Shown here: positions 23,601 through 35,040 of the stretch, piece after piece
Position numbering within the stretch: position 1 is the stretch's first letter
Layout: every line of letters begins with the position of its first letter
DNA from: Botryllus schlosseri
Taxonomy: Eukaryota
Assembly: GCA_051294905.1 (NCBI GenBank)
Contig: CM119378.1
Location: 4,156,001-4,220,000 of the forward strand
Reading direction: 5' to 3'
DNA length: 64,000 bases
Made by a program: the position numbers and the translations under genes
Notes under the pieces: model-generated
Seen by the model: the letters and a program-made list of their open reading frames with translations, nothing else
What the model was told of the DNA's origin: nothing
Databases searched by the model: none

Positions 23601-25737
23601 AAGTTACCTGATTTTAGGGGTGGGGTGATATGGATTTTCGGTTCTATATTCATTGTTCATGCCCAATAAAATGATTGTATTTTTGTAATCAGTACGAAAT
23701 AGGCTTTATATATTAGCGTAACTTTTTCATATAAGTTGTGGTAAGGCAAGAGGTGGCCAGTAACGAAGTACTTCTACATTTTCGTAGTACTCAAGTACGT
23801 TCTGCCTACTTCCACAACTTGCTCAAGTTATGTCTTTGGATTATTTCTACTTCACAGTTTTATTTTTATTTTTTGGCAAAACTAGGTCGAGAATCCTTAC
23901 TTTTTAATTACCCGGTATCGCTGCGTCTATACTTCTACTTGAGTTGTAGCAACGACGACGACTTAGAGCACTTCTGGCCCAGGCTATAAGGATACTGACC
24001 ATCCAAGCACTACATAATTGTAGTTGTGTAATTAAACTAATTAGAGGGAAATGGAGGTAATCTAATTCTAATCTAATTTGTGAAATGTTTCTATGCGCTA
24101 ATTTTCTTCTAATGTAATTTCTGGTTTTCCTGTAATGCTACCCTACAGGGGAACTGTATAGTGCGAAACGAGACAAACTTGTTACACTGGCATTTTCCAC
24201 TCTCGTGCTTATGATAACGAACTCTAATTTGATATGTACTGAACCTGATTTTTTGTTGCATTTCTTGCTAATTCGAAGATTTCCAAGATTTAGTGAATTC
24301 AGTAATTCTAATCTCAAAGTATTCAAAACTGTGTAGCTATAATTCTAATTCTGATCGATTTTGGGAAAGCTGAAAATTTTCTAACTGTCCATAGTGTCCA
24401 ATTCTGGCTACGCGAAAATTACCTTGGGTTGATCAACGGTGTGACGTCACAATTCGCGAGTAACTGCGGGCAATAACGGAACTCTATGTACTTGACCTTG
24501 TCGCGAGCCTTGTCCTCGACGGCCTCCGTCACCAACCGCCTTATAGCACCGGCATCTCCTCTGAAAAATAAACAATTTGGTCCACGATCTATGAATAAGG
24601 ACTTCAATTATGGAGTTACCCGAAAGCCTTTACAGCCACCGACATTCTTTGAAGAAATTCGTCGAGAGACGCGCAGCCGTCGTGGGCTGTGATATATTTC
24701 TTTAAAACTTCGGGGTCGTAAGAGGGCATGTCGATACCCCGTTTCCTGCGTGAAACATTGTTTTCACAGTGTGTTTCGGAGTGTGAACGTATAATAGGCT
24801 TTCAATAGCTTCTTGGAGGTACAGAACATCAATGTACAATTGAGCAGTATATTATATTCATATTGAAATATACCGGAAGATTTCCGGCTGACACTCGTCA
24901 GGGGTAATCGTCAGCAACTAAAATTGGAAAGAACATTGTATATCAACAATCGTGCCACCAATAGGCTATACCGATGTTTATGTTAGGTATACTTTGTAGA
25001 GTTGATGCGCATAGGATTGAAGCTATATATAGGACTTATATTTGCAAAAACTGTCATTTTATACAGGTAATATTTCTAACTTGTTTGAATGCAACGTCGC
25101 ATATGTTGATGGCAGCATCAATTTGGTTTGGAAGCAAAATCGAATGACACCGAATGCATAATCAGCTATGCGGCGCAAATATACAGAGGGGGTACCGAAT
25201 CACTTCTACTTTTTAAGATTATTGAAATAGGCTTTGCTAAGGCATGGAAAGTAGAATTGAAATCGGTTTCCATCAATTTTACGTGTGGAATTGCCGTGAC
25301 AACCGATCGATATAGCTCTGGCACCATCGTAACAGAATATCTTTTCGTAGAGCGCGCCTCTATATTCCAATTTTCATTTGTCATTTTGTGTTAGGAACGA
25401 TTACGCATCTTTTAGTTTCGAGAGTAATCACCTCCGATTGATTACTAACAGTATGCGACGCCTCCGCCAAATCTACATTTTGAAATTACTTACTTGAGTA
25501 TACTTATAAGACTTCTCACCATCTACTTATACTTCAAGTAGTTTTGACATATGCCTCGCTACTTCTACTTGGAATTAGGCAGAAATTTACGGTATTACAT
25601 CTACTTGAGAATCAGTGCTGACTACTTTAACCACCACTATATTGCAAATGGTCTGTTCATGCATTAATTTTATACTTGGCCAGTTCGGCAACGGTTTCCA
25701 CTCGGTAGCATCCGTCGAGGTGACAGTGAAGCTCGAC
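17651..25737 (-). CDS. ADA: Adenosine deaminase (ADA1 type); first coding exon not firmly located
   Basis: In-frame exons in transcript order: 25737-25676 (VELHCHLDG), 24745-24620, 24560-24423 (YIEFRYCPQLL), 22944-22832, 20508-20390 (VVGYDVAGPE), 20330-20259 (IHRTAHAGE), 19125-18956 (ERIGHGYH...HFEVC), 18040-17911 (LNTDDP), 17785-17651 (NMNAARSCFL...KCSLI*). HxH, HAGE, GHG and TDD catalytic motifs are intact. Confidence 0.93.
18240..18356. repeat. Right-end fragment of the TAGGGTTGCC/GAGGAC hAT MITE family
   Basis: GGACAAATCCTC...AGGACGTATGGT matches the right end of 43705-44104. Confidence 0.6.
18380..18850 (+). mobile_element. 5'-truncated CR1/L2-type LINE 3' end with (GAT)n tail
   Basis: SIKYAGP..WNSIP-like coding remnant and 3' UTR homologous to 29620-30060; further fragments at 19195-19290 (-), 19560-19740 (-), 19800-20052 (+), 29218-29290 (-). 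Confidence 0.75.
20938..21506. mobile_element. hAT MITE with CCGATA subterminal repeats
   Basis: TIR TAGAGGTCGACCGAT/ATCGGTCGACCTCTA; perfect TSD CTTTCGAG. Confidence 0.92.
21690..21950 (-). mobile_element. Hammerhead-bearing retroposed repeat, copy 1 (Penelope pseudo-LTR/retrozyme-like)
   Basis: ~260 bp homologous to 22345-22595; contains CTGACGA-G-TGTCAGC-C-GAAA at 21726-21745 on the minus strand. Confidence 0.65.
22371..22411 (-). ncRNA. Minimal type I hammerhead ribozyme motif (best copy; within repeat 22345-22595)
   Basis: ATTACCC-CTGACGA-G-TGTCAGC-C-GAAA-ATAT-TC-GGAGTCAT: intact core, 1-bp helix II, palindromic AATATT helix III, UUC triplet; helix I partly mismatched. Confidence 0.65.
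24807..24955 (-). mobile_element. Hammerhead-bearing repeat, copy 3 (includes the family 3' end)
   Basis: TACCC-CTGACGA-G-TGTCAGC-C-GGAA-ATCT-TC-CGGTA followed by tail ...TGTACCTCCAAGAAGCT. Confidence 0.6.
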
Positions 25738-25810
25738 CTGCAATATTGTAGGATTTATCGACTCGTGAAGCGGTACTGATATGACAGGGGTCTCGTGGGG
25801 GTTCCTTTTA

Positions 25811-26230
25811 GTGCGGAGCGGATCGACAAATTCTCTGGTCAGGCTCCGATCCGGTTGTTCAATTCTCTGGTCCGGCTCCGATCCGGCTCCGGCCGTATCA
25901 AGAAAAGTACTGATCCGGCTCCAATCCGGTCCGGTCAGAAATGAAAAAGTCCGGCCAGAAATGCGGCCCTACTCGGTACGGAGGTTCCGTGAATTGGTAA
26001 ATATGCCTCGTTTATGTTCACACTGGCTTGGAGGTTACCTACGTGTGGTTGGTTGGTAGTTATATAGTTATAAAAGTCATACTTGTCCATAATGATTCTG
26101 GCCGGATCAAAAAAGTAGTGATCCGGCTCCAATCCATCTCCGGCTGTAACAGAAAAAGGACTGATCCGGTCCGGCCAAATTGTAAAAATCCGGCCGGATA
26201 TCTAATCCGGCTCCGGTCCATGCTCCGCAC
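25811..26230. mobile_element. MITE with (TCCGG)n subterminal arrays; second copy from 63697 to the window end
   Basis: GTGCGGAGC/GCTCCGCAC inverted ends; internal sequence homologous in inverted orientation to 63697-64000. Confidence 0.7.
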
Positions 26231-29200
26231 AGCGCTGCAGCACCCCAAAAAATGTCGAGATACAATAAGAACCATGCTTGTTCAGTTGTCTTTATCGTTT
26301 TGCATACACGATAGTATAGCTACTAGCTGCGTTGATGTCATTTTTGTGTTTGGTAGCGTGTAGCTTATCTGCGTATAACTTGGCTCGTAATAGAGACACT
26401 ACTTCATAATCATAACCGTAAGGGCGTAATGCGGTGTCTGTTGGTAAATGCACTTGCTAATGTAAAACAACCAATACTGCTGGCTTGCAAATTGTGACAT
26501 TTTGCGAATATGATAACTTTCTCTGTCGTTCAACATACCATGGATATAGTCTGGGCAAGCAAAATCACAACATTATGCCGTTAACGGTTTGCTTTTGTTG
26601 GGAATAGGCCTATACATACCCCGATGTAGGGACTATATCGGTAGGCGACTGCTTTTTCTGATGTTGTGAACTCAGGTGTTCGGATAAGTCAATGCGTCGT
26701 TTACTACACCATCAATGCAGCCTGGATAATGGAAGTCACGATTGTGTACATCACGAAACTTGATGACATATTGATGTGCAGTGTGCACATGAGCAGTTAC
26801 GTGCACTGATTGGGCGGTAGTGGGGTACCACACCCTATGTAAGTTAGTAGGCCACATAACATCATGGTAGTTGGCGTTATAACATGGAATAATACTGCGT
26901 TCGCTACTCAAGTGGGCATTGTGGACGGCAGGGGTGCCAACTCCTGGTGGTCCAAAAGAGCCAAATTGCTCTCCAAAATGTGCCAAATGGCCCTTCAAGG
27001 AGCCAACTGTTTTCGATTTCAACCAATATGCTTATAAATTACACCTAAAACACAAAAATGATACGTTGTCAACAGACTGTGCACTTTTACATTAGAGTGG
27101 AGTGAAAATAACTTTTTTTTAATCGGAAATAAGGGTTCCTTAAATCCCGACATATGACCTGAAACTTGAATAAAAATTGATTTAGGGAATTTCCCCTATT
27201 TTCCAGCCGGCAACCCCCTAATTTCTGCGCACGAGGGGGTATAATTGCACAACTCAACAACCACTGCTCGTAGAGTCATGATATATTGATCAAAAGCTAC
27301 CAAAACATCATGTTTCTATCTGTCTTAAGAAGAAACTTTTCTCTATTGTGAACAGAAAATGGGTTACAGCCAAAGAAACAGTAAAATATTGAAGCAGGTA
27401 AATAGCAGGAGTAACTAAGCTACATGTTAGTGTGATTTACACAAAAACTGCTAAATAAATCAATCTCATTGTATAAAAGCTCACTGGTAGGAGCTATTAC
27501 TCCATTTTTTAGAACAGGCCCGCGGGCGACTCAGCTGGTCCTTGCGGGCTACCTTAGGCAGACCCGCGCTGGTGACCCCAGATCTAGAATATGGAGCACG
27601 AGAGAAGCACCGTGATGGCAATAAGCCGCCCAAATGATGATGACATAGGCCTGCGAATCCTGATATCCAAGGTTAGAACGAGAAGTAAAGAATAGCGGTT
27701 CGACTTTACGTCAGTTTCAATTGTTAAACAATTTTATAGTAAAATGCGCCACTTTGGAGCCAACGCGCCAAACGTAATTTTTCCTTGCCAACCGACCTTT
27801 AAAATAGCAAAATTTCGGAAATTTGGCTCGCAAATGCGCCAATTGGCAACACTGTGACGGTTTTTCTGTAACAGTGTGGTGTAAAGATTACGTTGCATTT
27901 ATCGGTCAGCCAAAATTCGTCATAAAATTGTGGAAATGCATATGTAGGCAAGGCAGGTATTCGGGGTTGATGAAATCACACTATAAACTGTTTCTCATAC
28001 GTAGTTCCAAGTGACTGTATACTTAAATACCGTACAATGTACATTCATTCGTTCGCGCTATTCAAAATGCGATGACGCTGATGTCTTTGTCAATACAAAA
28101 GAATAATCTGCTGTCTTCAGCAGCCGTAGCTGAAGTCAACAACAACCGACGATGCTTACGACGCGGTCAAAAATGAAGGAACCATAGATACGGTACTAAA
28201 ATGAACCATCACCAACCTTGCTAAAATCATATTGTTTCTTATCCATAACGGTCACAGGGTCTTTATTGCACACTTCCGATACTACACACTCTCGCAGTTT
28301 GGCTTCGTTGCCTGCAGCATTAGTTTACGGTTACCATTCTTTACACGGCATCCGGTGCGCACTTGTTTAGATAGAGCAAACAAACTTCATTTATTGCAAA
28401 CAGCTTAGAAGTCCTTTGACGATAAACCAGTTGCACTAATCTGTTCGTCCGTTTGCGATGCACAAAGTGATAACATGGACAGATTGGAATGTGTCTAAAA
28501 GGCCAATCGCAGTCTATATTGTACACTACTTTATTCAGATCTATCAATCAATCTTAATCAGCCTAGAAATACATACCCTCGATCACTATACCTCGTGCTT
28601 TGAGTGCGAATGTATACTGGTCTGTCGTTGCTGATAAGTCTGTAAATATTGGGTTTCAAATATTAACCGACACTCCTACATCTCGACTTTGAGGATTCGA
28701 CTGCTATAATAGTCACTGAATGACCAATGTCCTGTTCACCTAGTATAAGCTCTCGCAATTTGCTGACTTCGCTACGTCATCAAAACAACTAAACGAGAGA
28801 ATGTACGGTTTCAATTGATGAACGAATCTCGATTACTGTCGAGATATGCTACTGAATGTCATGCGCTGAGCAGTGCCAAATTTAAAATTGCAGCAAGAAA
28901 CAACTTCGTTTTGCAGTAATTAATTAATTCATTTATTTACAAACAACGTAATCGAGCGACTCTCATTAGTAAGGATCGTCAGTACTACGATTATTCAAAT
29001 CGGAACATTGGTAATATACTATACAATTTATACATGCACGAATGCGTAAGATCAATGGACCTGACAAAGTCTTTTCAATGTAACGCGATCTTGTCTGTAA
29101 GACAGTTAGATTAGTCAGATAAAATGCCGGGAAACTATCAATAGTAGGGCCTATTTGTCGAAGCTCGAATAGGACAGTATATTTTCTTATACAAGTTTCA

Positions 29201-29599
29201 TCACCGGCTTTATCCTTTTCAATCAATCAATCAGTTTTATTTATATTTTCATCGTTTCAAATCACCACAAAACTGCGATACAATGAAAATGTGGCACGCG
29301 GCACTCGCGGCTTGATGAATCGGTTATATCGAGCCTTCCGTCGCGCTTGCTTTTATCTGTATGTTACATTTCAATCACTTGTATTAGTGTTATGAATATT
29401 GATATACACAAATACAGATTCTCTCTCTCTCACTCACACACATACATACACACTTTCTCTCTCGCGAGTGCGCTCTCTCTCTAGCATAAAAATGGTTGTT
29501 CCCCATGAAATGAAATCGACTTATCGTCGATTTATAGACTAATTCTCGCCATTAGACTTGTCGAGGTGGCAGTTTCGTACAAATTGTCACGCAATCATT

Positions 29600-30575
29600 A
29601 ATCAATCAATCAATCAGGTTTAATAATATTTTCATCGTTTCAAAAAATCACAAGACTGCGATACAGTGAAAAGATAGGAAGGTGTCCAAACAACTTGGAG
29701 TAGCCATTAAGATCAGACACCCACCTTAGCATCTAGGCGAAGTAAATAAGAGGCATGCACCGATGCACGGCACACTGAATGAAAAGTAATGCAGAGAATA
29801 TAAGACGCAAGCGACAAAATGAGGTGGCATGTGGCGGAGAGCGAGGTCGACGTTAGGTCGTGGTCCGGTAATCCTGAAGACTGCCTAGTATTAAATTAGA
29901 AGAAATTGCTTGTATTTCTACTTGAATGCGGACATGCTCGACGACTGTCGGATAGCCAGCGAGATGCTGTTCCACAATTGGAGTCCGGCATACTTGATAG
30001 AGCAATGCGTTTTCTTGTATTCAGGCCTGATCATATGGTAGTTGTTCTTCGATGACGCGCGTGTGCTGTACTTGTGCGCTTTTGTCTCCGAGGTGAAATA
30101 GTCGCTGAAATTTGAGGGACATTGACCGCAATGGAACTGATACATAAACTTGGCAATTTCTAGCTTTCTCATATCTTCTAAGTTTAGAACACCAAATCTT
30201 TTGAGAAGCGATTTATCAGTTGCTCATCCAGGCCCCCGTGGGGCTTTGGCAATGATACGGATGATCCGATGTTGAAGTTTTTGCAGTGGGTCAATTGTAT
30301 ACTTGCAGGCAGCACCCCAACAAATAATTCCATATTGTAACTTTGATAGGAATAGAGTGTTAAAGAGTATCAACAGCACGCTGACTGGCAGAGTGTAGCA
30401 AAGGCGGCGAAATAGACCACACACCTTCGATAGTTGTGGTCTGAGTGATTGTATGTGACTCTTCCAGGACATGTCCGAATCCAGTAAAACGCCAAGGTAT
30501 TTGGCATCTTTAGTGTTGGAAATTGGTTGGCCAGCGATGTCAGCGGTTAGGTTATCGCAGGAGTTCACGACCAGT
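29600..30575 (-). pseudogene. 5'-truncated CR1/L2-group LINE (RT C-terminus, 3' UTR, (TGAT)n tail)
   Basis: KYLGVLLD..MSWKSHI, LQYGIICWG, SIKYAGLQLWNSI in two ORF pieces (30224-30712, 29918-30172); AATC repeats at 29600-29616. Confidence 0.88.
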
Positions 30576-30936
30576 AATTGGGATTTCGCAGCGTTAACCC
30601 GACATTCAATCACGTGCTCTATTCGTGATGTAATGCAGCCACTCGATTGCCTCTTGCAAGACACGACCTTACATTTTGGGTGATTATAAAATTTTCGATT
30701 TAAATTGACCAAAATAGTAGCTACGCTATAAATTGCTATATGAGCTTTAAAACGTACCCGATTTTTATGGTCTTATTTCTAATAATATCATTATTATGTA
30801 ATGATTGTACTTTATTTTAATTTACAGCGTTGACCACTTCTGATGAAGGCATGCGGCCGTTCCATTTTGGATATCGTAATCGTTCATAAACCTAACTACT
30901 CTAACGTATACTAAAAACACGTAAATGTGTATCAAG

Positions 30937-31833
30937 CAATGTTGGGATCAAGTCACTACCTTCGAGTCACGAGTCATTTCGAGTCATTGCACATTTTGAC
31001 TCGAGTCAAGTCGAGTCAATCGATTTTCAAAGGTGACTCGAGTCTAGTCAAGTCACTCGATTTTTGGAGGTGACTCGAGTCAATTCGAGTCAACTCAAGT
31101 CAAGTGACGAGTCAAGTGACAATTCGAGTCAAGTTGCCTTTTCGAAGTATGAGGCATGATAACGTTATTGCATTTAGCTAGCCGTCTGAAATACAGATTC
31201 AGTGGTCATTGATTTTGAACCGATATGAACGAATATAGAGCTAAATATACACGCAAGAAGGCGCTGTATCGCTCACAACCGCAGTTGACAGTTACCAGCC
31301 AAAATAGAGAATAGATACGAATAGATAGGATGCAATTCATTACCCATTTACAAATCGATATGATACGATTCGAGCCTGCGCCAATGGTTGAGGACTATAC
31401 AAACTATATTCGAATTAATTTCAATAAAACAAGAGCTTTGGTTAAGTTAAAAACAGATATCATAAATTACTTTACTTTACTTATTGTTTACGGCAACGTA
31501 AGCTGTAAGCTTCGATCACTTCATTTGCGGTCAATTTATTTGTGAGAGAACAATGAAGGCTCTGTAAAACGCAGGATCAATGATTGATCGCTCTCACTGG
31601 TTACACCAGCGTTTCGCGAACAATCCGAACATATTCAAGATACAGTAATTTTTATCGACACCGATTACTTGATGACTTGAAATTGACTCGTGAATTTTGC
31701 TCCGAGTCACGAGTCAATCCACATTTCTGATAAGCCAAGTCAAGTCAAGTCATTTTAGCAAAGTGACTCGAGTCAAGTCAAGTCAAGTCATTTTAGTCAT
31801 ACGAAAATTGTTACTCGAGTCATCCCAACACTG
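30937..31833. mobile_element. hAT MITE with GAGTC/AAGTC pentamer arrays
   Basis: TIR CA(A/G)TGTTGGGAT; perfect TSD GTATCAAG. Confidence 0.92.
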
Positions 31834-32019
31834 GTATCAAGCAACAACGGACACACTGTGAGCGTATCAAAGTACGCGGTTTCTTAATTTAGTCGTGATG
31901 AAATGTCAGTCTGAATAAAGTACAAAATTTGAAAAGTAGAAGTCACGCCTTTGCGTAATGATCGCTTGGCGACGGATACACTTTGAGCCTCTGAAAGTAG
32001 TGTAAATGAAGTCGGCCAC

Positions 32020-34131
32020 TAGGGATGGTGTGAACGTGAGGTTCACGTTCGCGTTCTGTGTGTGAACCTCGGAAATTTAGAGGTTCGCGTTCACAACAGA
32101 ACCTTGGTAGGTTCTGCACTGTGAACCTTTTTCATATATTAAAATTATAACATTATAACATCTTTGGTTCAAATTTATTGCATTTCAACTGCGGGCCACT
32201 CTATGCATGGTGCTGGCAACATTAAAATCAACGCTAAACGAGCATGCACCTTGACAATCTCAAAAGTTTTACTTGCTTTGTTACAAAAGTTTGCTCGAAA
32301 TATCCTGCTTTCCGTTTGTGAATATTTAGCCTAGTGTAGGGTTGCCATACGTCCGGAATTTCCCGGACATGTCCGGAATTTCACTGCTAAAACTGCGTCC
32401 GGGAGGAATTTTTAAAATATGCCCAAATGTCCGGAATTTTGAAGGTTTAAAATGGGATCAAAATGTTTTCGTAAATCAACAGAAAAGTTATAATTTTTGG
32501 GCAGATTTATGCCACTTGAATTTTTTTTCGCGCTTCGCGCGATTTAGTGTCGCAATCATTGATTTTATTATGCAATAAAAAATTATTAAAAATACCCATC
32601 ATTTACTGAAATAAGTCTAATAGTAATCGCAATTATGGTACAACGGTATATTACTAGAGTCGGTTAAGGCCATTCAGATGCTTCAATCAAAGATATTGGC
32701 TCTAAACCTGGGGGTCGTTTGTGTTTATTCTGGGGTTCGTGAAGATGTTGAACGTAATCAGCTTCCAATATAGTCCGTGAGTAAGTCGGTGCAATGGTGC
32801 TGACCGTTTTTCAGGAATCAGCTTACCAAATTCTAGGCTTGGCCACAAAACATTTTAAAATTCGAAATAAAGTCGCGACCATGAAAGGTTGAAAATCAAC
32901 GGATGTCCAACCGGCTGGTGCGGATCTGAATTTAGGCTGATAAATTGTCTTAACCGTGTGACATGACATGACTTTACGATCTATAATTCCGTTCCCTGCA
33001 TTTTCGAAGTCATTGTCCTCCACCAGTTCCACCGCTAACTATTATCATGTGGGCGGAGAAATGATCAATATTTTATAGTAATACATGGAAGAAGCAATAA
33101 TATAGACTGATTTCATTCACAAAAGTTAACGACCAGATGCATATAGAAACTAGATGTATTTATATAGTAAGGCCCAGAAGTTGCATCGACTACCCTATGG
33201 TGGGCTCAAGATCAGTGTACATTTGGACGGGAGTGGGCTGGGAAAAAAGTTGTTGCGATCCTGGCTACAACACGCAACCACATAAATGCACCAACCGAAC
33301 ATTATAACAGCTTCTGATCCGGATCGTGACCACCTATGGTCGATAGGCAAAGCTTTGCTAGCGTAACGTCATATTGAAAGACAATGTGTCATTCGCCCGC
33401 TAGTGGGCGCTAAAGAGTGTCCGGAATTTGCGGCGCAAAAATATGGTAACCCTAGCCTAGTGACTCTCTGCTGTGAGCTTGACCCGAAATCACACAACAT
33501 CACGAGCGAAATACGTAGTCAGCGAATGATGCTTATTCAACCAATCAATAAAATTGATATCGCTATCTGATGTAAAAATTCGAGAAGGCGTACGGGGTCA
33601 ATCTTGACTCAATATCTTTACTACATCAGTAAAACCAAATCCGTGCGATTGAGGGGTTGGCTACTGCCGTATAACTTCTTAATGGGGTAATATCGGTAGC
33701 AAGTACAGAAACCCATTTACACTCTGCTCAATATCAATGTAGCAATACTCAGACGCCGAATACATTGTCCGGTCTGGCCTAGACCGTTAAGGAGTAAGCG
33801 GATATTCCCTGATAAGTCCTCGTCGAAATTGTTGGCAAAGCGACGGAATATATTGATTTTATGGGAGTATTATATACTTTGATGGCCTCAGTTGATACAT
33901 TTAGCGACGTTTAAAACGCATCAGCATTGTTGCATTATGTGACCCGAGTCGTCGCTAGGTATCGTGCACAACTGTACATTATAGGGTATCACTTCATTGA
34001 AAGATAGGGTTGGAATTAGCAATATGACGTCACGTGACGTCATGAGGTTCACGTTCGCGTTCACACAGAACCTTTCAAAAAGGTTCGCGTTCACACGAAC
34101 CAGAACCTTTCAGAGGTTCACACCATCCCTA
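32020..34131. mobile_element. hAT non-autonomous element with GTTC(A/G)C repeats
   Basis: Perfect 16-bp TIR TAGGGATGGTGTGAAC; perfect TSD TCGGCCAC. Confidence 0.93.
32337..33454. mobile_element. hAT element nested in 32020-34131
   Basis: TIR TAGGGTT(G/A)CCATA; perfect TSD GCCTAGTG; GTCCGGAATTT subterminal repeats. Confidence 0.93.
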
Positions 34132-34551
34132 TCGGCCACCCGTTGAATGTCTCATAAATATGCGCAGAATACACCTACTCGTAGTGAATATTCTCGTATG
34201 CGTCGATGAAAATTACCAAAAACTTTAATAATAATAGTCATTTCAATAATACTTGTATTATGCACAAGACACAATGCGATGTGAAGAACGGATATGACTA
34301 TCATATGAGGTTGTCGAATCGACCAGTTGCGGTCTCTTGATCTGGCATCCACCACGGCCTACTACCCGATGTCACAGTCATTTCTTCATATTAACCATTT
34401 AGTTTTGTATAAGTACTCCGCTTCCTAGGCATTTCCGTAAGTACTGATGATGAGAGCCCAGATCCAGATCCACAAAATAACCTCTGGCGCGGAATTGAAC
34501 TCCCGCCGTGCGTAGTTGGCGCTAGATGTCGCCGCTACACTGACTCTGGCC

Positions 34552-34978
34552 CAGAGATGAGCATGGATTAGGATTAGGTTTTGAAAAAACAGGATTTGTG
34601 AAATTTTGGCGGATTTGGATTGGATTTGGATTAGACATTTTTTTCAGAACGGATTAGGATTTGGATTGGATTTATCTATTTTCTGGGAGATTGAAATGTC
34701 GTGTGGCGAATGGCGACAAACTTTATTCAGATCAGTTATTAATGTACTTATGGTTAGTAGGTTATCTTAAATTAAGTGAATCGTTGGTTGTGAAAGAAAA
34801 TTTTCGAATCCCTCCATTGCATAAATTAGTTTTTTTTCTGAATTTCCAGTTGGAATCGGATTAGGATTGGACATGGACTTAAATATGAAAAAGTTATGGA
34901 TTAGGATTTGGATTTGGATTCGAAGGTTCGGATTTGGATTGGATTAGGACATAGAAATTTCAAATCCGCTCATCTCTG
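34552..34978. mobile_element. hAT MITE with GGATT repeats, copy 1
   Basis: TIR CAGAGATGAGC; TSD CTCTGGCC/CTCTGGGC (1 mismatch). Confidence 0.88.
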
Positions 34979-35040
34979 CTCTGGGCCCCGGGGTCACGAC
35001 CGGGCAATCAAGCATCCAATGTATTCAATAAAATAAATAG

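Noticed and set aside
26929..27220. Possible hAT MITE CAGGGGTGCC...GGCAACCCCCTA
   Set aside because: No matching TSD; boundaries unsupported.
27630..27665. C/D-box snoRNA (ATGATGA...CTGA)
   Set aside because: Boxes too close and no terminal stem.
28150..28645. Other minus-strand exon-like segments (about 28160-28195 and 28577-28640) as ADA first exon
   Set aside because: Splice signals are plausible but there is no in-phase ATG or ADA similarity; cannot be decided without cDNA.
30838..30865. CTGATGAAGGC...GCCG hammerhead-like start
   Set aside because: GAAA and cleavage triplet missing; at most a dead remnant.
30960..31140. Regular GAGTC repeats (likewise GGATT, TCCGG, CCGATA arrays) as CRISPR or coding repeats
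   Set aside because: No repeat-spacer structure; they are subterminal arrays of TIR/TSD-bounded MITEs in a eukaryote.
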